This document shows, piece by piece, positions 8,426 to 18,645 of a DNA stretch of 64,000 bases. Location: the sequence record PX880102.1; one strand, written 5' to 3'. This DNA comes from a phage. The notes under the pieces are model-generated. The model made no database searches and was not told the origin of the DNA. It saw only the letters and a program-made list of their open reading frames with translations. How positions within the stretch are numbered: the stretch's first letter is position 1; every line of letters starts with the position of its first letter. A program made the translations under genes and the position numbers.

Positions 8426-9364
8426 TTATTTAAATTGTTCAGTAACGTCTTCAACTACTTCATATTGACAGGTACGCATTTTAGCATCGTTGTAATCAAT
8501 CGGAATTGATACTACATCACGCGGATGCACTTTAACTTTTACAACTCTACTGGTTGAACTACCAAAGTGACGAATATAAGATTTAGAACACACATGCAGA
8601 CCACGAGAACAAGTTTGTGTATCATCGTCATTCACACGAGTACGTGGCATTTTAACTACTTTACCAGGACTGTTATCAAAAGTATTTGAATGGCAGTCAA
8701 AGTAATTGCTGCGAACTACTTTCCAAGCATAGAAGTAGCCATCTTCTGTAATTTCAATATCGTTTGCTACCAAGAAATCAAAGAGTCGAGATACCGCTTT
8801 CTGGCTTGGGTTTTCCAGCAGATTTTCCAAGAACGGAAAATAAAATTCAAAGTTTTCGCCTTTTTCCATCGAATCAAGAATACGATCAACCAAACCAGAC
8901 CGCAATTCAATATTTTGATAGAACAAGCTTCCACCTTCAATTCGAACATCGCCGGAAATATATTTTTCAACAGCGCGACGAACATTAATTTTTTGTGCCG
9001 CTTCTTCTAACTTATCTGCTACGAGCAGATTAAGAATTTCCTGGAAGTTTGAATGAGTATTAGGTGTTGCATTATAAGTTACACCATCAACAGTAATCGA
9101 AATGAATTTTTTAGATGCATTCCAAATAATGTCAGATTTAGCAACTGGAGCAATAACTGCATCGCTATTAACTTTAACTGTAATATCACCGCTAATAGTA
9201 ATTTTAGAGTGTTTAGCTTCTTCAGCATTTTTCAAAACACGACGGATTGTATCAACCGATACACCTTGCCAATCAGCCAATTCCTGCTGAGTATAATTAC
9301 CGCTTGAATACAGTTTAACAATTTCAGCTTGTTCGTTTTTGGTCAGGCATTTAATATTGTACAT
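8426..9364 (-). CDS. rIIB: rIIB membrane-associated protein, 312 aa
   Basis: MYNIKCLTKNEQAEIVKLYSSGNYTQQELADWQGVSVDTIRRVL...; same length as T4 rIIB; adjacent to rIIA. Confidence 0.93.
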   Translation of the reverse strand: MYNIKCLTKNEQAEIVKLYSSGNYTQQELADWQGVSVDTIRRVLKNAEEAKHSKITISGDITVKVNSDAVIAPVAKSDIIWNASKKFISITVDGVTYNATPNTHSNFQEILNLLVADKLEEAAQKINVRRAVEKYISGDVRIEGGSLFYQNIELRSGLVDRILDSMEKGENFEFYFPFLENLLENPSQKAVSRLFDFLVANDIEITEDGYFYAWKVVRSNYFDCHSNTFDNSPGKVVKMPRTRVNDDDTQTCSRGLHVCSKSYIRHFGSSTSRVVKVKVHPRDVVSIPIDYNDAKMRTCQYEVVEDVTEQFK

Positions 9365-9375
9365 AATTTTCCTTA

Positions 9376-11553
9376 TTAGGCCGCAAGGGCCTTCATAGTT
9401 TTAGCGATTTGGGAGACTTCATCATCGCTTAAAGAGCTGCGATAACCGATGAAGTCGGAAACAATACGGAATTTCTTGGTAAACTCAGCAACCATTTTAT
9501 CACTGTTTTTTGAAGCATTATTTGATAATACATCAAAAAGATTAGTTACTGTCCAGATGTCATGACCGATGGTATCTTTTCCACCATTAAAATATACACC
9601 ACGCAGTGAACTAACTATATTAGCGAGTCGTGTATATTCTTCAGAAACTTCATCGGTACTGAAGTACTTCATCATAAAATCTAGTTCAGGATGCTTGATA
9701 ATTTTATCAATATATCGTTGAGCTGAACTTGAATAACCTACATACTTATCATAATCTACAGCATCAAAAGCATCTACATATAAATCACGCAAAGCTTCAA
9801 AAATACATTGGCACTGACCAAGCTCTTTTACCTTTTTCTGCAAAAGCGGACGAATAACATAAAATTCATTAATGCCAATAAGATTAGCCATACGAATCAA
9901 AATATTCATAGATGGATGACAAAGCGATGTAGTACCATCCATAGAGAAAATATCAGAACGATGCATGTACGCTACATAACCAGTAATTTCATCTGCTTCT
10001 GATGTAAGTGTAAATAGTTCCTCTTTTTCCCATCGCCCATCTTTAATTTCAAACTTAAATGCTGTAGCAGCTTTAGGACGAGGAGCTTTACTTTTAACTG
10101 CCTTCGGAATATAACTTTTAACTAAAGCTTCAATTTCTGACAAATAATGAATGTTAACTTCATCACTTTCAAACATTGCCATAATATCAGGGAGTAAATC
10201 AATCTGCGATTCTACTTCCGGATTAATAAACAAAAGACGCTCATTATGATGAATATTCAAAGTGTTATTAAATTCTTTATCATCTAACGCATGCGCTAAT
10301 CCACGGACAATATTAACGCGATTTTTAATATTATCAATAACGATATTAATTTTTGTTGTATTAATACCGAACAGACGATAACTTGATGCAACGGCTGAAG
10401 TTTCATGACTTTGCTTAATGCGTTTCAGTCGAGGGTCAAGATTTACTTCATACACAACTCCTGCATTGCATAGCTTACTATCTGGTTCAAACATGCTTTG
10501 CATCTTCTTATATGACAGATTTTTAGTCGTAAATTTGACTGAATTACTAATCATATAATCTCGAGCAGAATATCCCATCTTCATCAATTCACGGTATGTA
10601 TGACGAGGAGATGTAGATTCTTTAAATCGTTTTACATCTTCATTGAATGCCTTCTCACTAAGCTCTTTAACACGCTCAATAATATTTTTACGAGTACGAT
10701 CATCTAGTGAAAGAGCTTCGCGTGATGGAGCAATATCAAGTGAACCCATTGGAAACTTAATGTAATTCACTTCATTACGGATGCTTAACCAGTTACGGTC
10801 TCTAATAACACCATCGATAGGATAAACAATACCACCGTAGATAGCATATAATCCACCACGATCTGGCCAGTATCTTTCTGGATTTACACCGTAATAATCA
10901 TCAAAATCCGGAAAATAATCAATTTCGCGGTCAAGACCATTAATGATAGCTAAATCTTTGAATGGTCGCATGATATAAGAAACTTCATAAGCAAAGTTTC
11001 TAAAGTCTTTTTCTTCAACTGGAACTACGATTTCAATACCAGTTTTATCATCTGGACCCATTTCTTTCACGAATGTAGGTTTAATTTGTGGACCATCGCC
11101 ATCCATGTAAGCTACATAACCACGAATTTCACCTTTATGATACGAAGTAATACTAAATGTATCAGTATAACTAAACGGAGATTTAGAACCTAAACCAAAT
11201 CCGCCAATGAAATCGTTAGATTCGGCTTTAGATGAACTGAAATATGAATTATACAAACCAGAAGAATTATCATCACCTTGAATATCAAAATCACTCATAC
11301 CCGGACCAAAATCTCGGCAAACAAATCGTGGATCTAAACGTCCAGGAACTTGAATGATAAATTTTTCAGGATTTCCATTGAGAGCATGGGCATCAATCAT
11401 GTTGGTAATCAATTCACGGACTACTGCGCGAATCTTGTTTGTGTACAAATCAGATGATAGAATTTTAAATACTTTAGGAGATGCTGTGATGCTAAATGCT
11501 TTTGATTTAGAACCATTACCAAGAATTGTTTCTTTTTCAGTGGTGATAATCAT
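9376..11553 (-). CDS. rIIA: rIIA protein, 725 aa
   Basis: [56 protein letters not shown]... GHKL-type ATPase-like N-terminus; same length as T4 rIIA. Confidence 0.95.
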   Translation of the reverse strand: MIITTEKETILGNGSKSKAFSITASPKVFKILSSDLYTNKIRAVVRELITNMIDAHALNGNPEKFIIQVPGRLDPRFVCRDFGPGMSDFDIQGDDNSSGLYNSYFSSSKAESNDFIGGFGLGSKSPFSYTDTFSITSYHKGEIRGYVAYMDGDGPQIKPTFVKEMGPDDKTGIEIVVPVEEKDFRNFAYEVSYIMRPFKDLAIINGLDREIDYFPDFDDYYGVNPERYWPDRGGLYAIYGGIVYPIDGVIRDRNWLSIRNEVNYIKFPMGSLDIAPSREALSLDDRTRKNIIERVKELSEKAFNEDVKRFKESTSPRHTYRELMKMGYSARDYMISNSVKFTTKNLSYKKMQSMFEPDSKLCNAGVVYEVNLDPRLKRIKQSHETSAVASSYRLFGINTTKINIVIDNIKNRVNIVRGLAHALDDKEFNNTLNIHHNERLLFINPEVESQIDLLPDIMAMFESDEVNIHYLSEIEALVKSYIPKAVKSKAPRPKAATAFKFEIKDGRWEKEELFTLTSEADEITGYVAYMHRSDIFSMDGTTSLCHPSMNILIRMANLIGINEFYVIRPLLQKKVKELGQCQCIFEALRDLYVDAFDAVDYDKYVGYSSSAQRYIDKIIKHPELDFMMKYFSTDEVSEEYTRLANIVSSLRGVYFNGGKDTIGHDIWTVTNLFDVLSNNASKNSDKMVAEFTKKFRIVSDFIGYRSSLSDDEVSQIAKTMKALAA

Positions 11554-11563
11554 AATTTCCTCA

Positions 11564-11767
11564 TTAATTCATATTACGCTTAATAACTTCAGCAACTTCT
11601 AGTAGTTCGTCTTTAGTTGCGGTGTCGGATTGAATTTTATCTCTAATATCTTTAAAGCGGTTTTTAAATTCTTCGGCTTCTCCCATATCGAAAAAGCGTT
11701 GAATGATTCTATATTCTCGATGAACTGCTTTATCAAAAAGTTCTAAATTTACTTTATATGATTTCAT
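11564..11767 (-). CDS. rIIA.1: rIIA.1-like small protein (67 aa)
   Basis: position between 39 and rIIA; has its own early promoter. Confidence 0.65.
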   Translation of the reverse strand: MKSYKVNLELFDKAVHREYRIIQRFFDMGEAEEFKNRFKDIRDKIQSDTATKDELLEVAEVIKRNMN

Positions 11768-11799
11768 TCCAATATCCTCATTTGCCCAATTAATTATAC

Positions 11800-11840
11800 C
11801 ACATCCTTGTGGTAAAGTAAACTACTGGCTCATCCATTCT
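11800..11840 (-). promoter_or_regulatory. T4-type early promoter upstream of rIIA.1
   Basis: minus-strand GTTTAC tttaccacaaggatgtg GTATAAT; perfect TATAAT; ACCAC...GTGG inverted repeat in the spacer. Confidence 0.6.
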
Positions 11841-13642
11841 TTACGAAGGTCAGCATTATCTCCCATGAGCATTTCAAAAAGCTCTTTCCAGTTCTCAGGA
11901 AGTTTAACAACATCATATACTGGGTTTTGAATCATCTCACGATATTCAGATTTTTCCAAAGAGCCAAGTCCCTTAATATAACGGATGCTATGTTTAGGTA
12001 GAGCATCTTTGGCACTCTCATATTCAGCGACTGTATAAAACCATTCTTGTTTTTTACCGACCTGAGCGATGATTACAGGAGTTTTGACAAAGCGAATTCT
12101 TCCTTGTTCAAACAGTTCTGGCCAATTACTAAAAAATCCGAGCAGAGAAGGATAAATGCTTCCTAAACCATCATGGTCAGCATCAGTCATAATAGCAATA
12201 TTATGATAATTCAAGTTTTCGGCTTTTTCACCGAGAACTAATCCCGTGATTGCGCAAATATCAAACAGTTCTTTGTTTTTAAGCATATCAGCATATGACA
12301 TACCCCAACTGTTGAGAACTTTACCACGCAATGGATAACCACCGTGAAGTTCTTTATCACGAACATCAATAAGATATCCGATAGCAGAATCACCCTCAGT
12401 CAAGAAAAGAGTAGTGTCAGCATCTTTACCACAAAGATTCGCTTTGATATGTTTATGAACCTTAGCTTTAGAAGCCTTTTTAGCTGCTTTAGTTTCTGCT
12501 GCTTTTTCTGCCGCTAATTTACGGGCCAAAGCAGCTTCAATAATCGGCATTAAAATTGCTTCATTATTTAGAATAGCGCGTGAAATCTTTTTAGCATCAA
12601 GCTGAATATGACTACGAATTTCACCAAAAGGAGAAGTAAGTCGTTCTTTAGTTTGAGAATCAAATCGCATGTTTTTCATATCACGAACAAACATAACGAT
12701 AGTCAAACATTCTTTGACACGTGCTTTAGTTACATCAATTTTGAACTTACGTTTGATTTGTGGAATAAGGTCTTCACAAATATCATCCATAACACAGTCA
12801 ATGTGATGGCCACCATTCTTAGTGTGAATGTTATTCACATAAGTTAATTGACGAAATCCATCCGGTGAACGACCAACAGCAATAGAACAATTTTCTTGTT
12901 CTTGAACAATAGCATGTTCATCATACTGTCGTGCATATTTCTTAAAATTGCCCTGAACCTTTTTACCATTAAAGGTAAATTGAATATCAGGATAAACAAC
13001 AGCAAGTGTCTGGAGACGATCTAGTGTAATGTCAAGATAAACTTGGGACAGCTCATTAGTTTCAAATGACATAAAATCTGGAATGAAAGTAACACGAGTT
13101 CCTTTCCATTTTCCAGGAATAGTTTCCCAGGATTTATTTTCCATGCCATTTGAACAACGAACTACAATATTATTTTGACCATCGCCAGTTTCACCGACAA
13201 ACATCACAGAAAAAATGTTAGTTAAACTAGAACCAACACCATTCATACCACCGGTGACACGTTCTTTATCATCACCGAAGTTACCACCTGCTTTTGGAAT
13301 AGTCCAGGCGGCAACAGGACCAGGAATTTCTTCACCAGTAGGTGTTTTAACCATCGCTTGTGGAATACCGCGACCGTTATCTTCAACTGTTACTTGATTG
13401 TTTTTAATAGTAACATTAATTTTATTCGCGAATTTAAACTTAGTACGAATACCTTCATCTACTGAGTTATCGATAATTTCATCAATAAGCTTAACAAGAC
13501 CAGGTACATACTGAACACTTTCCCATTTACCAAACAGAAAGCGCTCATGCATTTCATTAGCAGAAGAACCAATGTACATGCCGCTACGCTTTTTGATATG
13601 TTCAATATCGCTCAGAATTTTAATTTCATTCTTAATCATCAC
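11822..13642 (-). CDS. 39: DNA topoisomerase II large subunit (GyrB-like ATPase plus TOPRIM) as one ORF, 606 aa (39 and 60 fused)
   Basis: MMIKNEIKILSDIEHIKKRSGMYIGSSANEMHERFLFG... GHKL ATPase motifs; TOPRIM region; a single uninterrupted ORF. Confidence 0.95.
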   Translation of the reverse strand: MMIKNEIKILSDIEHIKKRSGMYIGSSANEMHERFLFGKWESVQYVPGLVKLIDEIIDNSVDEGIRTKFKFANKINVTIKNNQVTVEDNGRGIPQAMVKTPTGEEIPGPVAAWTIPKAGGNFGDDKERVTGGMNGVGSSLTNIFSVMFVGETGDGQNNIVVRCSNGMENKSWETIPGKWKGTRVTFIPDFMSFETNELSQVYLDITLDRLQTLAVVYPDIQFTFNGKKVQGNFKKYARQYDEHAIVQEQENCSIAVGRSPDGFRQLTYVNNIHTKNGGHHIDCVMDDICEDLIPQIKRKFKIDVTKARVKECLTIVMFVRDMKNMRFDSQTKERLTSPFGEIRSHIQLDAKKISRAILNNEAILMPIIEAALARKLAAEKAAETKAAKKASKAKVHKHIKANLCGKDADTTLFLTEGDSAIGYLIDVRDKELHGGYPLRGKVLNSWGMSYADMLKNKELFDICAITGLVLGEKAENLNYHNIAIMTDADHDGLGSIYPSLLGFFSNWPELFEQGRIRFVKTPVIIAQVGKKQEWFYTVAEYESAKDALPKHSIRYIKGLGSLEKSEYREMIQNPVYDVVKLPENWKELFEMLMGDNADLRKEWMSQ

Positions 13643-13691
13643 TTATCCTCGTTTGGTTTCGGGAATATTATACTCCGGCATTCATAAAGCT

Positions 13692-13709
13692 AAAGGCCCG
13701 AAGGCCTTT
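13692..13709 (-). other. AAAGGCC-CGAA-GGCCTTT hairpin
   Basis: 7-bp GC-rich stem; T-run on the plus side, weak U-run on the minus side. Confidence 0.4.
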
Positions 13710-13978
13710 TATTTAAAACGAATAGTTGAATCCTTAAAGAACAGCCCAGAACATACTGTTCCTTCTACTTTCTGCCCGGTAGGTCCAACAGCACGAAATC
13801 CAGTATGTTGGAAATCATTTTCAGAGCAACCGAACCAGTTATATCCAGTGATTTCAATATTCGTAAAACCACTTGATGATAAAATTTTAGTTGCATTATC
13901 AGCATCAGTACATCCTACTAAAGATACTGCTAATACTAATGCTGCGATAGAACGATTAACATATTTCATAATTTTCAC
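13709..13978 (-). CDS. putative lipoprotein (89 aa)
   Basis: signal peptide with lipobox-like LVGC. Confidence 0.5.
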   Translation of the reverse strand: MKIMKYVNRSIAALVLAVSLVGCTDADNATKILSSSGFTNIEITGYNWFGCSENDFQHTGFRAVGPTGQKVEGTVCSGLFFKDSTIRFK

Positions 13979-14349
13979 TTAAATTTAATGGCTTGAAGGA
14001 GACTAATAATTCTCAAACGGCTTCTTTCATCTTTAACTGTAAAAGAAAGAGGGTCGCCAGATTTCATGGTAATAGTGCATTCAAAATCAAAATCTTCAGT
14101 GACTTCTTCGAAGAAGTCAAATTCTTCATCATAAATTAGAACACTACTTTGCAGACTGTGAAGAGTTTTTCCAGCATTTCTGCTAACTGCTGTACTAATC
14201 ATTGTAACATTATGACCTTTCATATCTTCAACGATAAATTCACTAGTCAATATTACAGCATTAATAGAACTATTCCTATTACTAGCAGAAAGTAGAAATT
14301 TCTTTTCTTCGCCTTCGCGAATACGATACTTCTTACCAATTTTAAACAT
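13975..14349 (-). CDS. hypothetical protein (124 aa)
   Basis: ORF translationally coupled to neighbours. Confidence 0.5.
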   Translation of the reverse strand: MFKIGKKYRIREGEEKKFLLSASNRNSSINAVILTSEFIVEDMKGHNVTMISTAVSRNAGKTLHSLQSSVLIYDEEFDFFEEVTEDFDFECTITMKSGDPLSFTVKDERSRLRIISLLQAIKFK

Positions 14350-14351
14350 AA

Positions 14352-14528
14352 TTACCCTTTAAGTAAATCGTAAAATCCACCATTCACATGCTTAGGAGCA
14401 GAAGGCCGACGAGTAGACAAACGATGACATTTAGGACAAACATCATTTTCTCGTTCAGAAATCTTTTTAATTTTTTCATATTCATGCCCGCAATCTTCGG
14501 ATTGGCATGTATAATCATACATTGGCAT
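14352..14528 (-). CDS. zinc-ribbon protein (58 aa), FmdB-like CxxC...CxxC
   Basis: MPMYDYTCQSEDCGHEYEKIKKISERENDVCPKCHRL...; SD AAGGAATAA; not in ORF track. Confidence 0.5.
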   Translation of the reverse strand: MPMYDYTCQSEDCGHEYEKIKKISERENDVCPKCHRLSTRRPSAPKHVNGGFYDLLKG

Positions 14529-14530
14529 AA

Positions 14531-14956
14531 TTATTCCTTAAAATGGGCTTTCAGCATCTGATACAAAGACCACGCCTGTTCATTATTTTCAATAGTAACT
14601 TTCATGACCGGGAATTCTGTGAAATCTTCTATCTGTTCTTGCTCTTTCTCTTCCTGCTCTTGCTCTTCGGCTGCCTGGTATGGATTTTCCACTTCATCAA
14701 AGAACACAGCTTCGCTCGTTGAAAGCCAGATAAAATCTTCATCCAAAATATCTTTACCAGAAGATAACGCCAATTTTCCACTAGATGTCACAAGTTTAGT
14801 AGGACGACCAAGATAGTCAATATCTGTAACTCTAAAAGGTTCCATACCAAGACGACGTGCATAAATTCCGTTTTCAGTATGGTCCTTGATAAAATCTTCT
14901 TGAGCTTGTTTATTTTTAAATTGATACCATTTATTAACTTCAAATTTAATAGCCAT
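14531..14956 (-). CDS. goF: acidic protein (141 aa), GoF-like by position and size
   Basis: position after 39.x genes; [12 protein letters not shown] acidic stretch. Confidence 0.45.
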   Translation of the reverse strand: MAIKFEVNKWYQFKNKQAQEDFIKDHTENGIYARRLGMEPFRVTDIDYLGRPTKLVTSSGKLALSSGKDILDEDFIWLSTSEAVFFDEVENPYQAAEEQEQEEKEQEQIEDFTEFPVMKVTIENNEQAWSLYQMLKAHFKE

Positions 14957-15171
14957 TAATAAGTTTCCTTCCAGTAAGTTGTGCCATCTTCAGTAATTTC
15001 ACGAAACACACCATAAATTGGTTGTTTATCACCAACCTTTTCATACACATAAACCGAAGTCAAGTGAGTAAACTTAACAGTATGTTCCTTTTGAACTACT
15101 ACCAAATCTGGATCGAATAATACATCTTCAAATTCGTCATTAGTGCAGTTCTGAACAATTTTACGTTTCAT
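14956..15171 (-). CDS. cef: hypothetical protein (71 aa), Cef-like by position and size
   Basis: position and length only. Confidence 0.4.
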   Translation of the reverse strand: MKRKIVQNCTNDEFEDVLFDPDLVVVQKEHTVKFTHLTSVYVYEKVGDKQPIYGVFREITEDGTTYWKETY

Positions 15172-15184
15172 TACAATTTCCTCA

Positions 15185-15454
15185 TTAATTGAACAGTGGA
15201 GCGATGCGTTTCAGAAGAGTAGCAGCACCTTTGGCGAATTTTACATCATGAAAAACAGTTTCTTCTTCTGTTACAACACGAGCTTTAATGTTTTCACAAT
15301 CCCAATTTTTGCGAACAATCTTCAAAAGCTGCAGTAAATCTTTACATTCAGCAATATCGATAACACATCCACGAGAATCTTCCATTATCGCACGATAACC
15401 GTAAGCCATACCATAATCGTTGAAAGATTGTTCGATGATAATTAAGTTTTCCAT
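15185..15454 (-). CDS. hypothetical protein (89 aa)
   Basis: ORF-track start (TTG) trimmed to the ATG after SD GGAGAATAAA. Confidence 0.5.
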   Translation of the reverse strand: MENLIIIEQSFNDYGMAYGYRAIMEDSRGCVIDIAECKDLLQLLKIVRKNWDCENIKARVVTEEETVFHDVKFAKGAATLLKRIAPLFN

Positions 15455-15494
15455 TTTATTCTCCAAGTTGTTTTCTGTATCAGTAGTTGATATT

Positions 15495-15550
15495 GATATA
15501 GTACCATAATCAACTACTGATGTATATAGTTTTATGAAAAAATTTTAAAC
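15495..15550 (-). promoter_or_regulatory. early-promoter-like cassette with degenerate -35
   Basis: minus-strand aaaattttttcataaaact ATATAC atcagtagttgattatg GTACTATAT, then conserved leader. Confidence 0.4.
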
Positions 15551-15551
15551 T

Positions 15552-16040
15552 TTATGCATAAAGAGCTTTGCTATAGTGTTTAATCCAGCTTTCAGGAATG
15601 ACTTTGTATGTTCCTAAAAATACCACATTATACAGCTTAACACCGTCTTCTACCCACTGATCGGTAATGTATGCGCACATAGCACGAGTATAAACAGCCA
15701 CACCATCATCTTTGATAAATTTAAATTCACAAGGAGCAATGAACTTAATAGCCTGACCGAGTTTCCACTTAAAGTCTACACCTACATGCGAAGTATCAAT
15801 CGTTTCAATTCCTTTAGCAGGAACAGCTTTCAAAAACGCAGACTCAAGAAATTTCGCACGAACATAGCCAAACTGAGGTTTAGACTTTCCATCTTTAGGA
15901 ATGATACGCACTTTTACTTCAGAATCTTCATCTTTAACGCCATGTTTAAGCTGAATGCTTACAATTTCAACCAATTTTCCTGCTGCTTTAGAGCGGGATT
16001 TATCAGATACACGAGCTAATTCACCAATATTAATAATCAT
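15552..16040 (-). CDS. motB: MotB-like protein, 162 aa
   Basis: length and position upstream of the goF/cef group; own early promoter. Confidence 0.65.
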   Translation of the reverse strand: MIINIGELARVSDKSRSKAAGKLVEIVSIQLKHGVKDEDSEVKVRIIPKDGKSKPQFGYVRAKFLESAFLKAVPAKGIETIDTSHVGVDFKWKLGQAIKFIAPCEFKFIKDDGVAVYTRAMCAYITDQWVEDGVKLYNVVFLGTYKVIPESWIKHYSKALYA

Positions 16041-16079
16041 AGTTATCTCTCACTTGTTAAAAAGATTTTATACTCCACA

Positions 16080-16135
16080 GGACCATTATACTCTGGTCCC
16101 AAGAGTTTGTAAACTATTAATTCAAAATAGCTACC
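16080..16135 (-). promoter_or_regulatory. T4-type early promoter upstream of motB
   Basis: minus-strand GTTTAC aaactcttgggaccaga GTATAATGG; -35 at plus 16107-16112. Confidence 0.6.
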
Positions 16136-16659
16136 ACTGCACTACGAGGTACTACACTAAAATCACCCGCATGAACAACGTTCAGAAGTTCAACACCATC
16201 TTCAATCCACTGGTCTGTTACCCAACCACAGACCGAAATAAATGGGGTCTTGATAGCTACAGCACGAGTTAGAAGGTCAGTAGGATCGCATTCTTGGAAG
16301 AGGATAAGCTCTGCTTCAAAGACTATAGTTTTAATTACTTCATCATTATCTAAGCGTTGTGCTCGAATCACGTAAGCTTTATTCTTATCATGCCAATTAC
16401 TTTTTGAAAAACTTTTAACCACAAACTCGCCTTCACCCAAAACACTGGTCAATGCTTTATAACCCAAACTTAGTTCAGTAGTTTTAATTTCAGTTTCAAC
16501 CAGTTTGTAGGTTTTGCCAATTTCGATGGTCCGAGCAGTCATAAAAGTTTCCTTAATTTCTAATGGTTTAACAAGAGTGCCGTACATGCTTGCTATATCC
16601 ATATCAAATATTTTATCTATAGGATTTGGGGTGTATTCAGGATTATAATTAAATTTCAT
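16117..16659 (-). CDS. hypothetical protein (180 aa) with C-terminal domain paralogous to MotB
   Basis: CGWVTDQWIEDGVELLNVVHAGDFSVVPRS aligns with MotB CAYITDQWVEDGVKLYNVVFLGTYKVIPES. Confidence 0.55.
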   Translation of the reverse strand: MKFNYNPEYTPNPIDKIFDMDIASMYGTLVKPLEIKETFMTARTIEIGKTYKLVETEIKTTELSLGYKALTSVLGEGEFVVKSFSKSNWHDKNKAYVIRAQRLDNDEVIKTIVFEAELILFQECDPTDLLTRAVAIKTPFISVCGWVTDQWIEDGVELLNVVHAGDFSVVPRSAVVAILN

Positions 16660-16661
16660 AA

Positions 16662-17165
16662 TTATCTCATTTCAATAAAATCTACAAGTTCAGCATGGGA
16701 TTTGCGGAACATTACTTGATGCCCGCCAATGATAACTTGGTCATCTGGCACTTCGTATACAGCAAGATAAAATCCTTTAGAAGATAATTCTTCACGCTCT
16801 TCTCGTGTGAACCATCTCATCATATCATATTCACTAGCGAAAGCAAAATGATACAATGCAATAAACCATCCTGGAATATGATATTCTACGCCTACATATT
16901 CTTCTTTCTCAAATTTAGTATTAATTGCTATATTAGCATTTTTAACTAATAATTTGTCTTCGCGTGGAAGAGGAATTCTTTTGTTATCATTACTATGATG
17001 CATAAAATTAGGTCTATCATAACCTACGTGTAATAACCACTCTTCGCTCCATGAATCTATTATACTCCTGTATGGCGTTATTTGAACACAAAGATTTCGA
17101 CGTATTGTTATAGCATCTTCACAATTAAGAATACTAAAAGATGATTCAACACGATAAATTTTCAT
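16662..17165 (-). CDS. hypothetical protein (167 aa)
   Basis: ORF-track start trimmed to the ATG after SD GAGGATAATAAA. Confidence 0.5.
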   Translation of the reverse strand: MKIYRVESSFSILNCEDAITIRRNLCVQITPYRSIIDSWSEEWLLHVGYDRPNFMHHSNDNKRIPLPREDKLLVKNANIAINTKFEKEEYVGVEYHIPGWFIALYHFAFASEYDMMRWFTREEREELSSKGFYLAVYEVPDDQVIIGGHQVMFRKSHAELVDFIEMR

Positions 17166-17189
17166 TTTATTATCCTCAGTAGCTATGGT

Positions 17190-17245
17190 GTTATAGTACC
17201 ACAACTAACCGAGGAAGTAAACAACTTTTTATCGTTTGGTTGGAA
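17190..17245 (-). promoter_or_regulatory. T4-type early promoter
   Basis: minus-strand GTTTAC (plus 17217-17222), -10 TACTATAA. Confidence 0.55.
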
Positions 17246-17912
17246 GAGATAGAGGATCGCACTCTTCCTCTGACGGAGCATCTTCAAGACCCATAGCATA
17301 TCGCAAAGCATACTTCATCATCAGGATGTCTTTCGCACAATCATGAATAGAATCATGCGCAACGAATCCGTCTAAAGTTCCCTTTGGAAGAGGACATGTG
17401 GTCATATCACGAACAAGCAGAAGTGCTTCAATTCTGGTACGAATATCACGCTGATTCCAGAATTTACATGGTTCTAACTTAAATGTATCAAGCTCATTCT
17501 CAGAAACGCCGTTAAAACGTTGAATATCGCGAATGAGATCAACTAAAATTGGAAAATCAAACGACATTCCACGGCACCAGCCTTGAGATTTCCAAGGATC
17601 GATGTTATGTGCATTGATGTAATCATTAAATTTTGCAATACCATCGATAGTGCTTACATCTTCATCCGATGGTGCAATATTTTTTCGAGCTTCAGGAGAT
17701 TGATTTTTCCACCATTCGATAGTGCTTTTAGTAAAAAGACGATGTCCTTTTTGGCTTTTTAAATCAAACTTGATTTTAATGCCGCGTGAAACTAATTCAT
17801 CAAATGTTTCAACTACTTCTGGATTAGGGTCAAAGGCAATAACAGCCAAATCAATAACAGCTGCCTTTTCACCGCTTCCCATTGTTTCAAAATCTATAAT
17901 AAAATCAAACAT
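17229..17912 (-). CDS. dexA: exonuclease A (DEDDh 3'-5' exonuclease), 227 aa
   Basis: MFDFIIDFETMGSGEKAAVIDLAVIAF... DEDD exonuclease motif I (DFET); same length as T4 DexA. Confidence 0.88.
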   Translation of the reverse strand: MFDFIIDFETMGSGEKAAVIDLAVIAFDPNPEVVETFDELVSRGIKIKFDLKSQKGHRLFTKSTIEWWKNQSPEARKNIAPSDEDVSTIDGIAKFNDYINAHNIDPWKSQGWCRGMSFDFPILVDLIRDIQRFNGVSENELDTFKLEPCKFWNQRDIRTRIEALLLVRDMTTCPLPKGTLDGFVAHDSIHDCAKDILMMKYALRYAMGLEDAPSEEECDPLSLPTKR

Positions 17913-18187
17913 TAAATTTTCCTCGCTAAATCGCGAATTTGACCTACAGTATAATCTTGGATATAAACTTTATTAATGGGCTCATCAATAAATTTTGCCA
18001 TAGATTCAATATCTTTTTGTATCTCTTCAAGACTGTATACTATCTTTAAAGCTTTTTCGCGAATAGTAACATTATCAGGTCCTGGATTTTCTTGAATGAC
18101 AGCTTTAACATTTGTCATAAGAGATTTAAACTGCTGCAAACTTAATTCAATCATTAATAACCGCCTTATAAAGATGGCTAATTTCAC
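17912..18187 (-). CDS. hypothetical protein (91 aa)
   Basis: ORF; paralogous to the next ORF. Confidence 0.5.
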   Translation of the reverse strand: MKLAIFIRRLLMIELSLQQFKSLMTNVKAVIQENPGPDNVTIREKALKIVYSLEEIQKDIESMAKFIDEPINKVYIQDYTVGQIRDLARKI

Positions 18188-18407
18188 CTAAAACATAATC
18201 ACTGATTGTAACAGTTTTCACTTCACCGCAAAAGAATTCTAATGCAATCAAATCTCGTTCAATTTCTTCCAATTGAAGCATTAACTTGCCTGATTCAATT
18301 TTCACGTTTTTGCGATTTTTACTATAAGCTATTTCATAAATTTCGCTCACTTTATCTTGAAGCAGATAAAACTGGTCTTTAGTTATTTCCACGAATAGCT
18401 TCCTCAA
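18147..18407 (-). CDS. hypothetical protein (86 aa)
   Basis: ORF; LEEIERDL...ISDYVLGEI resembles LEEIQKDI...IQDYTVGQI of the neighbour. Confidence 0.5.
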   Translation of the reverse strand: MRKLFVEITKDQFYLLQDKVSEIYEIAYSKNRKNVKIESGKLMLQLEEIERDLIALEFFCGEVKTVTISDYVLGEISHLYKAVIND

Positions 18408-18639
18408 ATTTAATCAGCAGCTTACAGACACTTTCATCTAGCGTAATTACCGTGTCTGTATTACTGTGATATGATTGTTTTTCAATTCGTTTAATTGCTA
18501 GTATAGTATCACTTATAAGATTAAGCTTATAAAGGAGCTCAGCTCCTGTTACCATAACACTGAGGTTATCTTGCTTATCAGTATGCTTCTTTATACCATC
18601 TATTAGACGATTTAAATATTTTGAATTGATGTTAATCAT
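18379..18639 (-). CDS. hypothetical protein (86 aa)
   Basis: ORF upstream-coupled to dda. Confidence 0.5.
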   Translation of the reverse strand: MININSKYLNRLIDGIKKHTDKQDNLSVMVTGAELLYKLNLISDTILAIKRIEKQSYHSNTDTVITLDESVCKLLIKFEEAIRGNN

Positions 18640-18645
18640 ATATCC

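Noticed and set aside
9378-9392. AGGCC-gcaag-GGCCT inverted repeat at the rIIA/rIIB junction as a terminator
   Set aside because: It lies inside the last codons of rIIA, has a short stem and no U tract; rIIB must be transcribed through it.
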